64,000 nucleotides of DNA, taken from IMG/VR virus record IMGVR_UViG_3300033145_001746, positions 34,857-98,856 of that record; one strand, 5' to 3'. Shown piece by piece: positions 27,984-38,526 of the stretch. The position numbers were made by a program, and so were the translations under genes. Under the pieces are notes generated by a model that did not search any database, was not told the origin of the DNA, and saw nothing but the letters and a program-made list of their open reading frames with translations. This DNA comes from a virus. The stretch's first letter is position 1; each line of letters starts with the position of its first letter.

Positions 27984-30900
27984 AAACCTTTTCTAATTTT
28001 CTAAGCATTAAGGTCTTAACTCCATTAAAATCGCTTACTTGGCAAGTTGCTCTCAATGGCCTGCCGATTCCAATTACTTTTTTGGCCATTTTGTATTGAT
28101 CAGGCCACACAGTAAGTTCTGTTTCTGCCCCAGCAGTATCTTCAACCAAATATTTCATCATCATTTGACCAATATATTTACCGGTTTTTATCTTAAATTC
28201 TCTCAAGAAAGCCTTAGCGATTACCTCTACAACCACCTGCTGTCTATCTGGAAGCATTCTGAGTCTAGATATTGCCGTAACATTATATCCTGTGAAGAAT
28301 CCTGGAAACATATCATTTATAGATCCAGAGACAAGCTCTCCCAATACTTCTTGTTCATGTCTCAACATTTCCTGTTTCGACCATTCTTGTCCTGGTATAC
28401 TGGCTGGGAAATCTTCAAGAGCCATTTCCTCAGACTGATACCCATCTTTTTTAAGGCTCTTTTTCAAAAAGACATTCATCTTGTCTCTTACTTTTTTACC
28501 CTCATCATGGACACCCTTGCGAGAAAGATGAAAGGAATCAAAGCAGCCGGCCTTGGCCAGAACCTCTAGCTTCGTTTTATTAACGATTCTAGCATTAACT
28601 CTAAACAAAAAGTCTTTAAATGATGAGAATGGCTGATTTTCTATCAACTGCTCAAGAGCTTTAACTCCCATGCCTTTAACGGCAGCTAGGCCCATTACAA
28701 TAGTTTGCTCATCTAAGACTTCATAGCCAGCGCTACTTTTATTGATGTCTGGTGGAACAATCTTAATTCCCAAACGCCTACATTCCGCCTTGGCCATATT
28801 TATCTCATCTTCTCTATTGAGACCACCCTTAGAAGTTTTGACCTTCAAATAGGCTGCTAAGAAGGCTGCAGGGTAATAACACTTAAGATATGCTGTTATA
28901 TACCCATTAATCGAATAGAACACCGCATGAGAGTTGGCAGACACCACTCCACCATCTAAAATATAATTGTGGTTTTTATCATCAATTTCCACATAATAAG
29001 TATCGTGTAAGCCCAAATTTTCAACAGTTTGTATAGTAGTATAATTTTCTTCAGCCTGTTTTCTATACAAAGTGGTTCTAGGATGCCAATCTTGCTCTCC
29101 GCTAAAAAACCGCTCTAATCTAATACGCTTGCGAGGTAAAAACATCATAGGTTTTTCATAAAAATATTCATATATCTTTTTAACATCATTTTTTGCTCTA
29201 AACCAAAGAGAATAAGAATTGCCACTCTTTAATACGCCTACATCAAATAATCCATGAATATTGCTATGTAAGTGATCTTTAATGATTTTTAGCATATTAT
29301 AAGGACCCCTGAACCCCAAATTAACTCTAGGTCCCTTATAGTTGTGTACACACACACTTCCATCTCCATCAAAATATCCCAACAAAAAGTGTTTAAAAAG
29401 ATGGTCAGGTATGTTGTGTAAATTAATAGGTTCAGTATTTTTATTTCTAGGTATCCCTAGTTTTTGTAAATTATGGGCCAACTCCATAGAGTTAACTGTC
29501 GCAATCATAGTTCTGGAATTATCTCTATATCTGCTACGCAATTGCCAATTTTCAATACCCAAAAATTCATATAATTTTACCAAATGTTTGAAATCATGGG
29601 TAGATATTTCAACGCCAAGTTTTGTTTTAGATACAGAACCATCGGCAGCTATGAAACCAAACCAGTAGGCGGCAACTTCGTTATCAATTTTATCAAACAT
29701 AAATTTCGGTTTTGTATAAGAATTATAACTTTTTTGAACAGTTTTATATAAAGATCCATAGCCGTTTTTATTTTTAATCCAATCTACGTTATTAACTGGA
29801 ACCTTTTTAATCGGCAATGCTTTGCTAACTATCTCTGATAACTCTTTATATCCAAAAGGAGTTAAAAATTTATGATTAGGGGTAACATTAACGATTCCCC
29901 CATCTTCAAATACTATCTTCCATACCTCCATTTTACGATCCGTTTTACCTATTTCTTTTATTTTCGTGACAATATTTTTTTCAGTATCTTTGTTTAAAGA
30001 TAAAACCTCGTCCCCTTTTTTAAGCTGCCTTAACGACTTCCAACCAGACTCTGTTAGTAAAAAGTTCAATGATTTCAGGCACTTATTGAATCCATATCCT
30101 GAAAATTTCTCTACCACTTTATCCCACACTTCTTTAGAAGCTTCGTAGTCAGTGCCATGTTTCTTCATCATTCCCTCGATGAAGTCAACTTCTAATTGTA
30201 GAGCTAGTTTTGGATCTTTACCTTTTAGTTTCGTAAGTTTACGCAGTCCGTCTGCTTTGTTGAGGTCCCATCCTGCTACATCTTTGGCAACATCCATAAG
30301 TTGCTCTTCCATAATACATAAACCATATGTATGTGCTACACTCCTCTTCAAACTAGGATGTAGATACTCCACTTTTTTAACGCCAAATCTACGATCGATA
30401 TATTCTTGTCTTTCATGTTTAGATGACGGCCTACCAAGGGCATTTATGGCAGCAATATCCAAGATATTATTAGGACGAATTTTTTTACAAAGTGACACCA
30501 TCATACTAGACTTTCCTAGTTGGAACACACATTTTGTATGACCCTGTTGAATCATCTTATATGTTTCTTTATCATCAAGAGGAATATTCTCCATATGTTT
30601 AGGAGCATTTTTAATTCCTAATCTACGGACATTTTTCAAAGCCTCATCGATAATATCTAAGGTAGAAATAGCTAAAAAGTCCATTTTAACCAAGCCGTTA
30701 GCTTCACAACGGTTTTTTTCATATTGTACAGCTATTGTACCATTTTTATCAATGCGTAATGGCGCAAACTCAACAATGGGGACATCAGATACTACCATTC
30801 CTGCGGCGTGGGTAGAATACTCTTTTGGCATTCCAATGATTCTAGTAGCGTGTTCTATAAGCTCTGGTGCCAACTCCGCAAATTCTCGCAATTTAGGCGA

Positions 30901-33801
30901 CGCTTCAAGAGACTTCACAATAGATCTTTCATTTTCAGGGATAAGATTCTTAATAGTTTCTGCCACTCTAACCGAATTCTTGTATCTTTCATCATCTGTA
31001 TTGCCCTTAATTAAATTGGGCAAAACGCTTCGCATAGATCTAATAAGATCTGGGATGACAGTCTTAGGTGTATATGTATTGATGTTCGATACTTGGGCAC
31101 AATGAGCATGTCCATATTTGTTTCTAACATATTCTTGAACAGCATCTCTACCCACGGAAGTGAAATCCGTATCAATATCTGGTAAATCTGTTTTATATGC
31201 GTTTTGAAACCTCTCGAATAAAAGGTTGTATTCAATTGGGTCTACGCCATGAATACCTAATAAATATGCGACCATGCAGCCCCCTACACTATTATGTGCC
31301 GCAAAATTTTGAGTAATATAAGAGTGGTCTTCATTTACTTTAATATCATAAACTTTATCGTGCCCTGCAACTTCAGTTATTTGCTTAACTTTAGTAAAAT
31401 ATCCATTATCTTGTGTGAACCTCGCTGTTTTGTTGGTTTCTAGTCCAGTAAAATGCAGTGCATAGGATTTTTGATGATTTACTATTTTGCCATTATATAA
31501 ACTAGTCTTGGGTTGAGTTATGACAACAGACGAAGGAATTTTCAGATATAAGAGTGCTTCTTTGATCTCTAATACCAATGCTAAACTAACTGTTCTGATA
31601 ATTTCTACACCTTGTTTAGTAGTATGTCCATCAGCATGTTTATAGCCCAGCATAAGGGCTAGTAAATTTTCTTTGCTCAGATTTCTAAAATTACACAAGT
31701 GTTTCGTAAACGAACTGTTTTGATAATTTTTAAATATACTTTTAAACAAGTTAACCAATATTTTATCAAATATTTGGATTTGGACAGCATTTTCTTTTTT
31801 ATTGTAGACCTCACTTTTAAAGCCTAGATTTGAAAAGTATGATGTTATCCTTTTAATGCCATAAATATCTTTTTTATGTAAAGAAAAACCTATATAGTAA
31901 GAATTTCCATGTTCTGAAATAAAACCGTCTCCAATCCATCTCCCTAAAACATAAAACCAATCTTTATCTTGAAGAATAAATCTTTCATATGTGCGTTTTT
32001 CTACATTTTTTCGGTTTTTCCAATCGTCAAAGGAAACTTCTCCTAAATAAGTAACTATTTTTTCAATAGAGTGCGGCGACGCTTTAGTTTTCCCATTTTT
32101 TATGTTGCTAACAGTTTTAATTTGAAGCCCAGTATGTTGCGAAACCTGTATAATAGAATACTTATTTGATAATTTTATATTTTTAGAAATATTAGTATTA
32201 GAAACTTTATATCTTATTCTACTATTTTGTGTAAAATCGGCTAAATCGATAGGAGCCGTTGGCCTTATTTCTCTGGTTGGCCAAGGCATAAAAAGCAAGT
32301 TTCCTAATTTTAACTCATCTGCGCGAATCCATTCGGGATCCTCATTAACATTGCGTGTACCAAATAACTCATGATTTTTAGTAAAAACAAGGTCATTGAA
32401 CTGAAAATCTGTTTTAACACGCAGCAAATGTTCTTCTGGCAAACAATTATATTCAAATGTGTTGGAAACACTAGATATTCTTCCAGTATGTGTGTAGACC
32501 TCGTCACCAATATTAATTTTATCTATGTTTACAAACCCGTTTGAAGTTAAAATCTTTGTTTCTTTAATCGTACAGCCACGACCCACGCCAACCAAAATGC
32601 CATGTTCTTTAGCCCATTTAATAAAATCTGCCGTAACCAACATATAAGAAGAGAAATTGTTTCCTTCAAGGATCTTCAATTCCTTTTTAACTCGTTCCCA
32701 CCTCTCCTTTTTTTTGTCTGGCTCCATATGGCTAAACTTTTCCTTAAAGCCTTGTATCACTTTATAGCGCATGTACTTCATATCTAAAGACATTTTCTCT
32801 GGCATCTTTACAGTTTTACACCATTTTATAAATACATCTGCATCTGGTTCTTCGCGAGGATTAAATATTGGTAAGTGATTACCAATAGTCTCCATGTAAT
32901 CAGGTGGATCACATTGGTTGGAAATGTCGACAGTACTACGTAATGCTAGGTCAGCAACGGTAGACCCGTGATGTTTTTCTATAAACCTATATACTTCATC
33001 CCCGCCTTTAAAATAGAACTCATCTGATCTATCTATTCTATAGCCATATCTTTCAGGATCATCAACACGCTTTTTAGCATTTATAGCCATAAGAATATCA
33101 TGAGTCTTGTCCCATTTACTTGTCATGTAGTGAGTATCTACTCCAACTACGATTGAAATGCCTAGTTTCTGACCAAGATTTATGAGCTGTTTGTTGAGAA
33201 AAACTTGATCTATATAATCATCTTTCAACGCATGTGGTTGGATTTCCATATAAAATCTATCACCAAAGATTTTCTGTAATCTCTGAGCAATTTCAGTGGC
33301 TCTATCATAATCTCCATTATAGATTGGCTCAGCTAATATGCCACCACTACATGCGGTAGTAACAATTAAACCTTCTGAATATTTCTCTAATACATCCCAA
33401 CTTATTCTTGGGAAAACTCTTCCCATGCTGACCACATGATGTTGAAACCCTATATAATTTAATTTAAGCAGGTTTTTATAGCCCACTTCGTTTTGGGCCA
33501 AGACAATCATATGCTTTCTTTTTTCGGTTTTCTTTCTCTTTATTTTAGCATTTGGATCTATTGGCAAGTAATCATACGAATGTACAAAATATATTTCGCA
33601 CCCTGGAATAAATTTCACTCCAGTTCTTTTATATGCCTTAAAAGCATCATAATGGCAGGCAAGTGTGCCGTGATCTGTAATAGCCAAAGATTTTTGACCC
33701 ATTTCTTTAGCGGCATTAAACAAATCGTCTACATCTGCCAAGGAATCGAGCATCGACCCAAGATTTGAGTGACAATGAATATTAACAAATTCTCTAAACA
33801 T
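27973..33801 (-). CDS. dnaE: DNA polymerase III alpha subunit with two inteins
   Basis: PHP domain (HCHS, TDHG, GCE), GRG|S, PDIDTDF, STHAAG, KMDFL, GFNK|SHA, C-terminal OB fold. Confidence 0.97.
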   Translation of the reverse strand: MFREFVNIHCHSNLGSMLDSLADVDDLFNAAKEMGQKSLAITDHGTLACHYDAFKAYKRTGVKFIPGCEIYFVHSYDYLPIDPNAKIKRKKTEKRKHMIVLAQNEVGYKNLLKLNYIGFQHHVVSMGRVFPRISWDVLEKYSEGLIVTTACSGGILAEPIYNGDYDRATEIAQRLQKIFGDRFYMEIQPHALKDDYIDQVFLNKQLINLGQKLGISIVVGVDTHYMTSKWDKTHDILMAINAKKRVDDPERYGYRIDRSDEFYFKGGDEVYRFIEKHHGSTVADLALRSTVDISNQCDPPDYMETIGNHLPIFNPREEPDADVFIKWCKTVKMPEKMSLDMKYMRYKVIQGFKEKFSHMEPDKKKERWERVKKELKILEGNNFSSYMLVTADFIKWAKEHGILVGVGRGCTIKETKILTSNGFVNIDKINIGDEVYTHTGRISSVSNTFEYNCLPEEHLLRVKTDFQFNDLVFTKNHELFGTRNVNEDPEWIRADELKLGNLLFMPWPTREIRPTAPIDLADFTQNSRIRYKVSNTNISKNIKLSNKYSIIQVSQHTGLQIKTVSNIKNGKTKASPHSIEKIVTYLGEVSFDDWKNRKNVEKRTYERFILQDKDWFYVLGRWIGDGFISEHGNSYYIGFSLHKKDIYGIKRITSYFSNLGFKSEVYNKKENAVQIQIFDKILVNLFKSIFKNYQNSSFTKHLCNFRNLSKENLLALMLGYKHADGHTTKQGVEIIRTVSLALVLEIKEALLYLKIPSSVVITQPKTSLYNGKIVNHQKSYALHFTGLETNKTARFTQDNGYFTKVKQITEVAGHDKVYDIKVNEDHSYITQNFAAHNSVGGCMVAYLLGIHGVDPIEYNLLFERFQNAYKTDLPDIDTDFTSVGRDAVQEYVRNKYGHAHCAQVSNINTYTPKTVIPDLIRSMRSVLPNLIKGNTDDERYKNSVRVAETIKNLIPENERSIVKSLEASPKLREFAELAPELIEHATRIIGMPKEYSTHAAGMVVSDVPIVEFAPLRIDKNGTIAVQYEKNRCEANGLVKMDFLAISTLDIIDEALKNVRRLGIKNAPKHMENIPLDDKETYKMIQQGHTKCVFQLGKSSMMVSLCKKIRPNNILDIAAINALGRPSSKHERQEYIDRRFGVKKVEYLHPSLKRSVAHTYGLCIMEEQLMDVAKDVAGWDLNKADGLRKLTKLKGKDPKLALQLEVDFIEGMMKKHGTDYEASKEVWDKVVEKFSGYGFNKCLKSLNFLLTESGWKSLRQLKKGDEVLSLNKDTEKNIVTKIKEIGKTDRKMEVWKIVFEDGGIVNVTPNHKFLTPFGYKELSEIVSKALPIKKVPVNNVDWIKNKNGYGSLYKTVQKSYNSYTKPKFMFDKIDNEVAAYWFGFIAADGSVSKTKLGVEISTHDFKHLVKLYEFLGIENWQLRSRYRDNSRTMIATVNSMELAHNLQKLGIPRNKNTEPINLHNIPDHLFKHFLLGYFDGDGSVCVHNYKGPRVNLGFRGPYNMLKIIKDHLHSNIHGLFDVGVLKSGNSYSLWFRAKNDVKKIYEYFYEKPMMFLPRKRIRLERFFSGEQDWHPRTTLYRKQAEENYTTIQTVENLGLHDTYYVEIDDKNHNYILDGGVVSANSHAVFYSINGYITAYLKCYYPAAFLAAYLKVKTSKGGLNREDEINMAKAECRRLGIKIVPPDINKSSAGYEVLDEQTIVMGLAAVKGMGVKALEQLIENQPFSSFKDFLFRVNARIVNKTKLEVLAKAGCFDSFHLSRKGVHDEGKKVRDKMNVFLKKSLKKDGYQSEEMALEDFPASIPGQEWSKQEMLRHEQEVLGELVSGSINDMFPGFFTGYNVTAISRLRMLPDRQQVVVEVIAKAFLREFKIKTGKYIGQMMMKYLVEDTAGAETELTVWPDQYKMAKKVIGIGRPLRATCQVSDFNGVKTLMLRKLEKVYGG
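28933..30081 (-). mobile_element. DnaE intein 2 (383 aa, LAGLIDADG-type) at FNK|SHA
   Basis: Starts CLKSLNFLLT, contains TPNHKF, WFGFIAADG and LLGYFDGDG; ends GVVSAN followed by Ser (penultimate Ala instead of His). Confidence 0.92.
31291..32574 (-). mobile_element. DnaE intein 1 (428 aa, LAGLIDADG-type) at GRG|SVGG
   Basis: Starts CTIKETKILT, ends YITQNFAAHN followed by Ser; internal LGRWIGDG and GYKHADG. Confidence 0.92.
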
Positions 33802-34122
33802 TTATTTCCTCTTATTCAGTTGCTCTACATATTTGATAAGAGCCGTTTCAAACACAGCCAAAAACTGTGCTTTGTTAGGCTTTTTTAAGGCAAACCTGAC
33901 TTCCTTTAACCTTTTTACTCCTGTTATAGCAAAGTCGGGATTCTCTATTTTAAGCAGGCAAGTCTTATTAAACGAAAAAGCTGGTTTGCCCATATGTGCT
34001 AGACATGCTATTATTTCGTTACCCAGTTTAACTGGTAGTCTATATACATATGCATTGTGTCCACAAGAACAATTTTTTGGAGATCTTTTAACGATTCCAA
34101 GCTTTTTTAACTTTTTATCCAT
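33802..34122 (-). CDS. Basic hypothetical protein
   Basis: ORF abutting the dnaE start. Confidence 0.6.
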   Translation of the reverse strand: MDKKLKKLGIVKRSPKNCSCGHNAYVYRLPVKLGNEIIACLAHMGKPAFSFNKTCLLKIENPDFAITGVKRLKEVRFALKKPNKAQFLAVFETALIKYVEQLNKRK

Positions 34123-34128
34123 TTTGTA

Positions 34129-34509
34129 TTAATCTGGTCTCTGCATAGTTAATTCAACGTCCTGGTTCTCTCCAGAATGGATACCCAAGGCTCGGACCAG
34201 ATCTCCATCCCCTTCGTTATCTCTTCCAGCTTCTAATACCACTTTAATCTTATCTTGCTTCACAGTAAAATTACTAACAGTTAATTCATGTGCGCTAGTC
34301 GTCACAGCTGTATGTGAGTTTCTTAATGACGCACTTATCGTCGATGAGTCAGCCGCCGTCGCATGGAGTTCTAGTGACTCTAAAACGTCTGAGATGTCGC
34401 CGTCTCCAGCTCTAATATCATCCTTACTTGCTTCTAATACTACTTTCACGCTATCTTGCTTAACCGTAAAAGTAGCAATGCCAAATCCTTGTACTACTCG
34501 TGTTGCCAT
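34129..34509 (-). CDS. Hypothetical protein with an internal duplication
   Basis: FTVKQDSVKVVLEASKD / FTVKQDKIKVVLEAGRD; SD GAGGTG. Confidence 0.7.
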   Translation of the reverse strand: MATRVVQGFGIATFTVKQDSVKVVLEASKDDIRAGDGDISDVLESLELHATAADSSTISASLRNSHTAVTTSAHELTVSNFTVKQDKIKVVLEAGRDNEGDGDLVRALGIHSGENQDVELTMQRPD

Positions 34510-34519
34510 TTTTTCACCT

Positions 34520-35920
34520 CTATCCTAGTGGGTTTTCGGGAATTTCATAAGTATCATCAGCTTCCACCGATACTTCTTCTCCCTTAATTGTTATATGAGC
34601 CTGCGATAAAATCATGTCCATTACTTTCTTATGTTTCAAAATGCCGAACACAGCATCCAACATCCCCTCTTCTCGTAGTTTCTTTTGTAGTATAAGCTTG
34701 CTCACACCTTTAAGCTCAGCTTCTTTTTCTAGCAGACCATCAAACTCTTCCTGTGTTACTCTAATTCCTGGCTCCGCATCATATACAGCATCTAGTATGA
34801 ATGTTCTTTTTACATTTCTTACTGCCATTTTCTTTATATGTTCAAGTATCTGAGCATCTGGACTTTCCATATTGAGCTGGGCAAGCATATATTTTTCTTC
34901 ATCATCAACCCAACTAAGGGGAACCTCAAAAGCATGTAGATCGAGAAGCTTATCAACTATAATTTCTTTTAACGACTCCTGTTCTTTCTTGGAGGCTTCT
35001 TGCTCGGCACGCTCTTTAAACACCTTCATTAGATCTTCGAGTGAAGGAGCCTGCATTCTTTCAACAAATTCTTCATCTGTAGGATCCGTCACAGTTATAA
35101 TAGAGTTGATGGCAACGTGTACATCTGCCTCTACACCCGCATGTTCTTTAAGTTGCTCTGGAAGAGTAATTTTCTCTATGAGAGAATCGCCAGCTTTTCT
35201 ACCAACAAGGTTTTCACCAAAAGGTGGTTCCTGTCCAGCACGGATCTCAAACTTGTGATCGTCGCCAGAAGATATCACCTCTTCTCCTACTTGTACTGAG
35301 AACGTTACTGAAACAATAGATTCTAGAGCTACTATATCTGCTTCAACTTCGGTCACATGTTGCCTTTTCGCATCTGTCACATAAGCTTCGATGATTTGAT
35401 CTCTATCTACTGTTTCTTTTTCAAGTTGAAGACCAACATATCCAGTTGGCGCAATAGATGGCTTGATTTCCAAAGTGATGTCACATGAAAAAGTACCATC
35501 TATGTGGAACTCTGCATCGTCTACTTTCGGTTCATTTAAAGCATGAAACTTGTTTTCATAACAGGCATGTAGATATCCCTCTTGAGAAAGCATACTTGAC
35601 GCCGCTTTTTCTATATCTTCTTTACAATATGTTTCAACCAGAGCTTTTGGAGCCCTTCCACGTCTAAAACCTTTAATTGATGTTTTTTTACTAACGGACG
35701 CGGCGGCCTTATCAAAAGCCATCTTCACAGCATCTGTATCAAAAGTTATGTGTATTTTTCTGTTAAGACCCTCCAATTCTTCGACAGTAGCAACATGGTG
35801 CCATTCTTGTACTTCTTCTCGTATATCTTCTGCCACCACTTCTTTTTTAACCTCGCCAAGAGGCTTTGGCAAATGTTTGCCGGTTCTCTTCTTAGTTTTG
35901 CTTCTCTTCTTAACCATCAT
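34520..35920 (-). CDS. tig: Trigger factor (ribosome-associated chaperone)
   Basis: Signature IKGFRRGRAP; N domain, FKBP-like middle domain (FGENLVGRKAGD) and SurA-like C domain (FEVP...V.DE). Confidence 0.88.
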   Translation of the reverse strand: MMVKKRSKTKKRTGKHLPKPLGEVKKEVVAEDIREEVQEWHHVATVEELEGLNRKIHITFDTDAVKMAFDKAAASVSKKTSIKGFRRGRAPKALVETYCKEDIEKAASSMLSQEGYLHACYENKFHALNEPKVDDAEFHIDGTFSCDITLEIKPSIAPTGYVGLQLEKETVDRDQIIEAYVTDAKRQHVTEVEADIVALESIVSVTFSVQVGEEVISSGDDHKFEIRAGQEPPFGENLVGRKAGDSLIEKITLPEQLKEHAGVEADVHVAINSIITVTDPTDEEFVERMQAPSLEDLMKVFKERAEQEASKKEQESLKEIIVDKLLDLHAFEVPLSWVDDEEKYMLAQLNMESPDAQILEHIKKMAVRNVKRTFILDAVYDAEPGIRVTQEEFDGLLEKEAELKGVSKLILQKKLREEGMLDAVFGILKHKKVMDMILSQAHITIKGEEVSVEADDTYEIPENPLG

Positions 35921-37962
35921 TGCTCCTTAAAAATTTGGCCTGTTTTATTTCGGGCTAACTCAGCTCTTTTCCTCCAAGAGTCCCAAAATAAAGAATCTGA
36001 ATCTCCAGTCATCTCTTCGTTGAGAATTCTATTTATAATACTTTGTAATATCATAGACCTAAGTCTGATTATTCTTTGTATGGGCGCATGTGTCGGATGT
36101 CCTGACATAATCAAAGCTTCTACTTTCACCTTATCTCCAGGAATTAATATAGAGTCTTTAGAAAGCCTAATAGACTGCCAATCATAAGAGTTCACGCTGT
36201 TAACATGATTGTAGTACCTATCCGATGTTTTATAAATACTATATATCTTTACCATTCTTGGTGTATGTGAACTTGTCTTTGATCGTACCCGCGTTTTGTT
36301 TGCTATGCGACCGTTACTATCAACGCTGGACACAAAAGTTATTTTAGGACCACCTGAAAATTTTGGCCGGCAACAAAACCAACTTAAATCTTTTAAGTCT
36401 TTAGTATTTGGATCTATTTTATGTAGCTTATGGATGTTATTTTCTATCATCTTAAACCACTCTTGTAGAAACGAGAAGTGTATAGCAGCCTCAGAACCTC
36501 TATGCGTGTTGGTCATTTTCTTAGTGGTTTGACCAGGATAGCGAGCCTTTTCTTTTTCGGTCATATTTCTTTGATAAGAGGACCAACCGAAAAAATATCT
36601 ATCTGCATCACGTCTATATCTCATCATCCAAGAAATTGCTGCCTTATAAAATAGCCAAGTCATGAAACCTGAAGAAGATTTCTTATTGGTTCTAGACATT
36701 TGTATGATAACTTCACCTATCAATAAATTCAGACGTTGAGCAGAAACAATCTTACTAGATGGATCATCTTCTGATGTGGTTAAGTTATCCTTAAAAGTTC
36801 CAAGGCTCCGCTTATCTTGATTAATCCAAGAATCTAGCTTATTAATCTCTCTCTTCATCCAAATAGAAATACTTGGTAATCCAGTCAGATGACCGGATTT
36901 ACCCTTGAAGCCAGATTTCATTCCGAGTGCTGACTTCGGAGTAAAATTAGTGTCGCAGAACGGACATGTCAAGGGCAAATTGTACAGCGTTTCTGGTGGC
37001 TCTTTAAAAGATTGAGTATCCTTAGTTAAAGAAAACTTTTTAAGTGCCCCACTTAGTTTATATCTACTTGGATCGAATGTACTATAATCTACACAGGTTA
37101 GGGGCACAAATTTTCCTTCGCATTTGTCATTAGGACATATACAGGTGACACCTATAAAATAAGAAAAACTATTTGCTTTCTGGCTCAACTTTTCAGTCTG
37201 TGCGGCTTCTATAAAATTTCCCTGAGCTTTAAGGTTACATACATTTAATAACAGGTTTTTTTCTAAATCCTTACATCTTGGACACTCGTACTGTTTATCA
37301 GAGTGCCACACTAATGGAGTTTTATAACTTATGACCTTATTAGAGGCCAAGCAATATGGGCAGGCTAGTACAGATACAAATTTATATCCAAGGTCATTTC
37401 CAACTTCGCGGATGGTCTCGTTCTTTATAGACTCTATTATATATCCGCCTGGTTTTTTAAGAAAACTTGTTTTGGCTCTCCACTTCCCAGTTAAATAAAC
37501 TTCTAGTGATGAACCAACTTTCTTAGAGACCTTAACTATACGAGACTTACCAAAGGTCGTGTTCTCGATACCTCCCACAATCTTAGCATCTCTTTTGTCT
37601 TGTGTCGTAAATAATGGAAACAAAACAGAACGATGTATTGAAGAACGCCACTTTACTCTGTCAAACCAAGTTTTCCCAAAAAGTAAAACAGCATTGGGAA
37701 GGATCCAGTTATTGTATAAGTCAGTATTTGATAATATAGTTTCCCAGTTATCTGGATCTCCAATAATACGATTAAACTCATCCACAGAATCTATTTTGTC
37801 AAACACTTTCATGTTCAACACTTTCTGCGGGACGGGCCAACTGCCGTTATTTGGTGAAGTTTGTTCTATAGCCCTTGCCTTTTCCTCTTCAAAAAGGAGT
37901 TCTTCCGGTTCAAGATCGGCAGCATGTTTGGCGAGCCAGTCTTTAATTTGCTCGTCTGTCAT
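35917..37962 (-). CDS. Large multi-Zn-finger hypothetical protein
   Basis: CPYC, CPRC, CPNDKC and CPFC motifs; next to a sigma factor. Confidence 0.65.
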   Translation of the reverse strand: MTDEQIKDWLAKHAADLEPEELLFEEEKARAIEQTSPNNGSWPVPQKVLNMKVFDKIDSVDEFNRIIGDPDNWETILSNTDLYNNWILPNAVLLFGKTWFDRVKWRSSIHRSVLFPLFTTQDKRDAKIVGGIENTTFGKSRIVKVSKKVGSSLEVYLTGKWRAKTSFLKKPGGYIIESIKNETIREVGNDLGYKFVSVLACPYCLASNKVISYKTPLVWHSDKQYECPRCKDLEKNLLLNVCNLKAQGNFIEAAQTEKLSQKANSFSYFIGVTCICPNDKCEGKFVPLTCVDYSTFDPSRYKLSGALKKFSLTKDTQSFKEPPETLYNLPLTCPFCDTNFTPKSALGMKSGFKGKSGHLTGLPSISIWMKREINKLDSWINQDKRSLGTFKDNLTTSEDDPSSKIVSAQRLNLLIGEVIIQMSRTNKKSSSGFMTWLFYKAAISWMMRYRRDADRYFFGWSSYQRNMTEKEKARYPGQTTKKMTNTHRGSEAAIHFSFLQEWFKMIENNIHKLHKIDPNTKDLKDLSWFCCRPKFSGGPKITFVSSVDSNGRIANKTRVRSKTSSHTPRMVKIYSIYKTSDRYYNHVNSVNSYDWQSIRLSKDSILIPGDKVKVEALIMSGHPTHAPIQRIIRLRSMILQSIINRILNEEMTGDSDSLFWDSWRKRAELARNKTGQIFKEQ

Positions 37963-38520
37963 TTATACCTTCCTTGCTTCCTTTAACTTTCTTCTTATGG
38001 CGCGTGTAAGGCCCCATGGAGTAAAATTTTCGTCTTTCGCAACATCGGCTATCAAGTCGCCACTAACGAAAATGCGTAGCATAATGCTCTTCCATCTATC
38101 ATCCCAACTCTTTGTGCGTTGCTCAAGTTCAATTTTAAAGTCCGGATTTGGACAGAAATCAGCTTCATCGTATATTATCGCAAATTCTGTTCTGCCTCGA
38201 ATACTTTTGCGACATCCATCAATGGCCCTATTTCTTCCTACGGTCCATAAAAAAGTAGATAGTTTTGCCCCATATTTTGGGTCATATTTTACTATAGCTT
38301 CTAACATAGCAAAAGAAATATCTTGCTTCAAATCTTCGAGATCCCATCTGGCGGCGACAGACCAACTACAATTGTCGCGCGCAAGCATAGATATATGAAC
38401 TTCCATTTCTTGAAACACTTCAGCAAACCCGGTCCCATCTGATGTATCTATATAAACAATTTTATCATTCACGGCCACATTTCCAGCAAACCGCCCTTTT
38501 TTAGTATTAATAGTTTTCAA
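37963..38520 (-). CDS. Sigma-70 family sigma factor
   Basis: Region 2 DLKQD...EAIVKYDPKYGAKLSTFLW...NRAID; region 4-like IADVAK. The start codon is uncertain. Confidence 0.8.
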   Translation of the reverse strand: MKTINTKKGRFAGNVAVNDKIVYIDTSDGTGFAEVFQEMEVHISMLARDNCSWSVAARWDLEDLKQDISFAMLEAIVKYDPKYGAKLSTFLWTVGRNRAIDGCRKSIRGRTEFAIIYDEADFCPNPDFKIELEQRTKSWDDRWKSIMLRIFVSGDLIADVAKDENFTPWGLTRAIRRKLKEARKV

Positions 38521-38526
38521 GTGTTC

